Source: Flavobacteriales bacterium (lineage in GTDB: Bacteria > Bacteroidota > Bacteroidia > Flavobacteriales_D > Sanyastnellaceae). Taken from it: a stretch of DNA of 45,234 nt. Every line of letters starts with the position of its first letter. The first letter of the stretch is position 1. Shown in pieces: positions 43,430 to 45,234 of the stretch. The notes below the pieces were generated by a model, which saw only the letters and a program-made list of their open reading frames with translations, was not told the origin of the DNA and ran no database searches. The stretch spans positions 1 through 45,234 of the forward strand of contig CANIAA010000001.1 in NCBI GenBank assembly GCA_947465255.1. Reading direction: 5' to 3'. Made by a program: the position numbers and the translations under genes.

Positions 43430-44866
43430 TTAATCCAATTCAAACCACGCGACGGTTTCCACATGCGAAGTATGAGGAAACTGATCGACCAGACTGATTC
43501 GACGTAACGAATATCCGGCCTCCAATAAGTCCATTGTATCACGAGCTTGGGTCGCCGGGTTGCAAGAAACATATACAATGCGCCGCGCTCCGAGCGCAAT
43601 TATCTTTCGAAGTGTTTTTGGAGCTATACCGCCACGTGGCGGATCGAGCACTGCGCAGCTGATCTTCCCTTGATACTGCGGATATTCCAATAAGAACTTA
43701 CCTACATCAGCAGCGAAGAACTCTAAGTTGTGAACGTCATTTCTTTCGGCATTTCTGCGAGCATCATGTATGGCAGCCTCCACAATATCGACACCGATAA
43801 TTTTCCTGTTACTCTTTTTGGCCAGCAACTGCGTGATAGTACCCGTGCCACAGAACAAATCGAGAATGATTGCACCGTCATTGGTCTCCTCCACTCCGGC
43901 ATACTCCAACACTTTAGCGTACAACTTTTCGGCACTTCGCGGATTAGTTTGAAAAAAGCTGGTCATGCTGATTTCGAACTTTAATCCGTGAATGGTTTCT
44001 ACAATGAATGGCCGCCCCCACAATAAGTTCGTTTGTCCGGATAAAGGATCGATGCGATCGCCCGTGTTGGGGTTAATGGTATGTATGACACCTGCCAGGC
44101 GAGTACCCAATTGTTGTTGCAGGTGTGTCACAAAAGCTTGAGTATTGAATTCATCCAATCCCTTTTCGGAAGTGACCAGATTAATCAGTAACTCATCAGT
44201 AGCAAAACTTTTGCGCACCACCAGGTAACGAAAGAAGCCATGATGAGCCGGTGGATGCCACGCAGGAAGACCTGTATCAATGCACCATTGACGAATATGT
44301 CGCAGTTGTTCTTCCAACTGCCTATCAAACAAACCCGAATCGCGATCCAAATTTTCGACACACCACCACGTGCCGCGGTGCTTGAATCCAAGACCGAAAT
44401 CATCGTATTCCTTTTTCTCGTCCAAATCGAAACGGATGACCGAGAAAGCATACTCCATTTTATTGCGGTAATGCCATGTTGCAGGTGATTCGATGTACTC
44501 ATCGAACACCTCCTCGATGTTAGCGATTTTACCTATTCTCCGAAACAGCTCAAGCGTCGTGCGGCGCTTGTATTGTCGCTGAAGTTCGATAGGTAACGTT
44601 GCATAAGGTGCACCCGGTATGGCTTGGTAGGGAACCGCAACTTCGTCGGGCGATGGCTCAAGAACCTCTACCAACTTACATTCGGCAAAACGCTTCTGGG
44701 CCTTTTCGACCCGCGCCAGCACACGCTGACCGGGGATGGCGTTTTGAACAAACACAGCGAATTCGCCTTGCTCGGTTTGCAACTTACCAATGCCTACGCC
44801 ACCAAAAGCCATATCGCTGATGACAATTTCAAGCACCTGATTTTTTTTGACTGCACGCTCTTGCAT
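43430..44866 (-). CDS. rlmD: 23S rRNA (uracil-C5)-methyltransferase, RlmD/RumA family
   Basis: 478 aa with an N-terminal TRAM-like domain (AFGGVGIGK), SAM motif LDLFCGTGT, DPPRGG, and the catalytic Cys motif YVSCNPAT. Confidence 0.85.
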   Translation of the reverse strand: MQERAVKKNQVLEIVISDMAFGGVGIGKLQTEQGEFAVFVQNAIPGQRVLARVEKAQKRFAECKLVEVLEPSPDEVAVPYQAIPGAPYATLPIELQRQYKRRTTLELFRRIGKIANIEEVFDEYIESPATWHYRNKMEYAFSVIRFDLDEKKEYDDFGLGFKHRGTWWCVENLDRDSGLFDRQLEEQLRHIRQWCIDTGLPAWHPPAHHGFFRYLVVRKSFATDELLINLVTSEKGLDEFNTQAFVTHLQQQLGTRLAGVIHTINPNTGDRIDPLSGQTNLLWGRPFIVETIHGLKFEISMTSFFQTNPRSAEKLYAKVLEYAGVEETNDGAIILDLFCGTGTITQLLAKKSNRKIIGVDIVEAAIHDARRNAERNDVHNLEFFAADVGKFLLEYPQYQGKISCAVLDPPRGGIAPKTLRKIIALGARRIVYVSCNPATQARDTMDLLEAGYSLRRISLVDQFPHTSHVETVAWFELD

Positions 44867-44900
44867 GGCGCGAATTTACCGCGCAACAGGACCGGTACGT

Positions 44901-44908
44901 TACATTTG
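44901..44908 (+). promoter_or_regulatory. Candidate -7 box (TACATTTG) implying a leaderless or very short-leader transcript
   Basis: TAnnTTTG match ends 6 nt before the ATG at 44915. No -33 TTTG is seen. Confidence 0.3.
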
Positions 44909-44914
44909 GAGGCT

Positions 44915-45234
44915 ATGAATTCCATCGGCAAGAATTTATCACTTCTACTGGGGCCTCTGACATTCGCCTTGATAGCGTGGATGCAACCCGGAGGGCTGGA
45001 TGTGACCCAAGCGAAAGTGCTTGGAGTTGTTGGCTGGATGCTTATTTGGTGGATTGCCGAGAGTGTGCCTATGGGGGTTACGTCTCTATTGCCTATCATT
45101 TTGTTTCCGCTGCTGGGTGTATTGAGTTTAGAAAAGACTTGCCTTGCTTACAGTAATCGTTATGTGTTTCTTTTTCTAGGCGGTTTCCTCATTGCGCTTG
45201 CCATGGAGAAATGGAATCTGCATCGCCGGCTCGC
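44915..45234 (+). CDS. DASS/SLC13-family anion:sodium symporter (N-terminal part; runs off window end)
   Basis: My own translation: MNSIGKNLSLLLGPLTFALIAWMQPGGLDVTQAKVLGVVGWMLIWWIAESVPMGVTSLLPIILFPLLGVLSLEKTCLAYSNRYVFLFLGGFLIALAMEKWNLHRRL... The WW..E..P...T.L.P...FPL.G pattern is typical of DASS transporters. Confidence 0.75.
   Translation, partial: MNSIGKNLSLLLGPLTFALIAWMQPGGLDVTQAKVLGVVGWMLIWWIAESVPMGVTSLLPIILFPLLGVLSLEKTCLAYSNRYVFLFLGGFLIALAMEKWNLHRRL

Overview
This is a Bacteroidota-type chromosomal segment. The evidence is a T9SS C-terminal sorting-domain cargo protein, bamD-rpoZ synteny, TAnnTTTG-type promoter boxes, weak Shine-Dalgarno usage and a tRNA-His with encoded G-1. About 90% of the window is ordinary housekeeping: rpoZ, bamD, trxB, mscL, dnaK, gpmI, lpxD, aroA, ubiE/menG, aspartate aminotransferase, clpB, aroK, a pyrR-like gene, rlmD, plus envelope and transport genes. 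I saw no rRNA, CRISPR array, transposase, integrase or phage genes. The only clearly accessory pocket is about 32.9-34.5 kb. It holds a hicA/hicB toxin-antitoxin pair and a 47-codon Cys/Lys-rich micro-ORF, embedded in repeat-dense DNA with few ORFs. The most unusual signal I can read directly is a family of intergenic elements at 9.07-9.24 kb, 32.96-33.24 kb, 33.98-34.17 kb and 34.37-34.52 kb. Their inverted arms are 7-nt periodic and stop-codon rich, typically four heptamers plus GG (30 nt). The heptamer variant differs between copies but is matched between the two arms of each copy. The cores share a near-identical 13-mer, GCCRAAGCGAAGT. The outer triplets of the arms coincide with stop codons of flanking convergent genes. 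I cannot assign a function; a REP/BIME-like or MITE-like structured element is the working idea. A second unexplained region, 36.05-36.51 kb, has duplicated terminator modules and hairpins that fold better on the minus strand, so it is a candidate small RNA locus. No complete novel protein-based system, such as a defence operon, is evident. Protein calls rest on motif and family recognition by eye, not on database searches.
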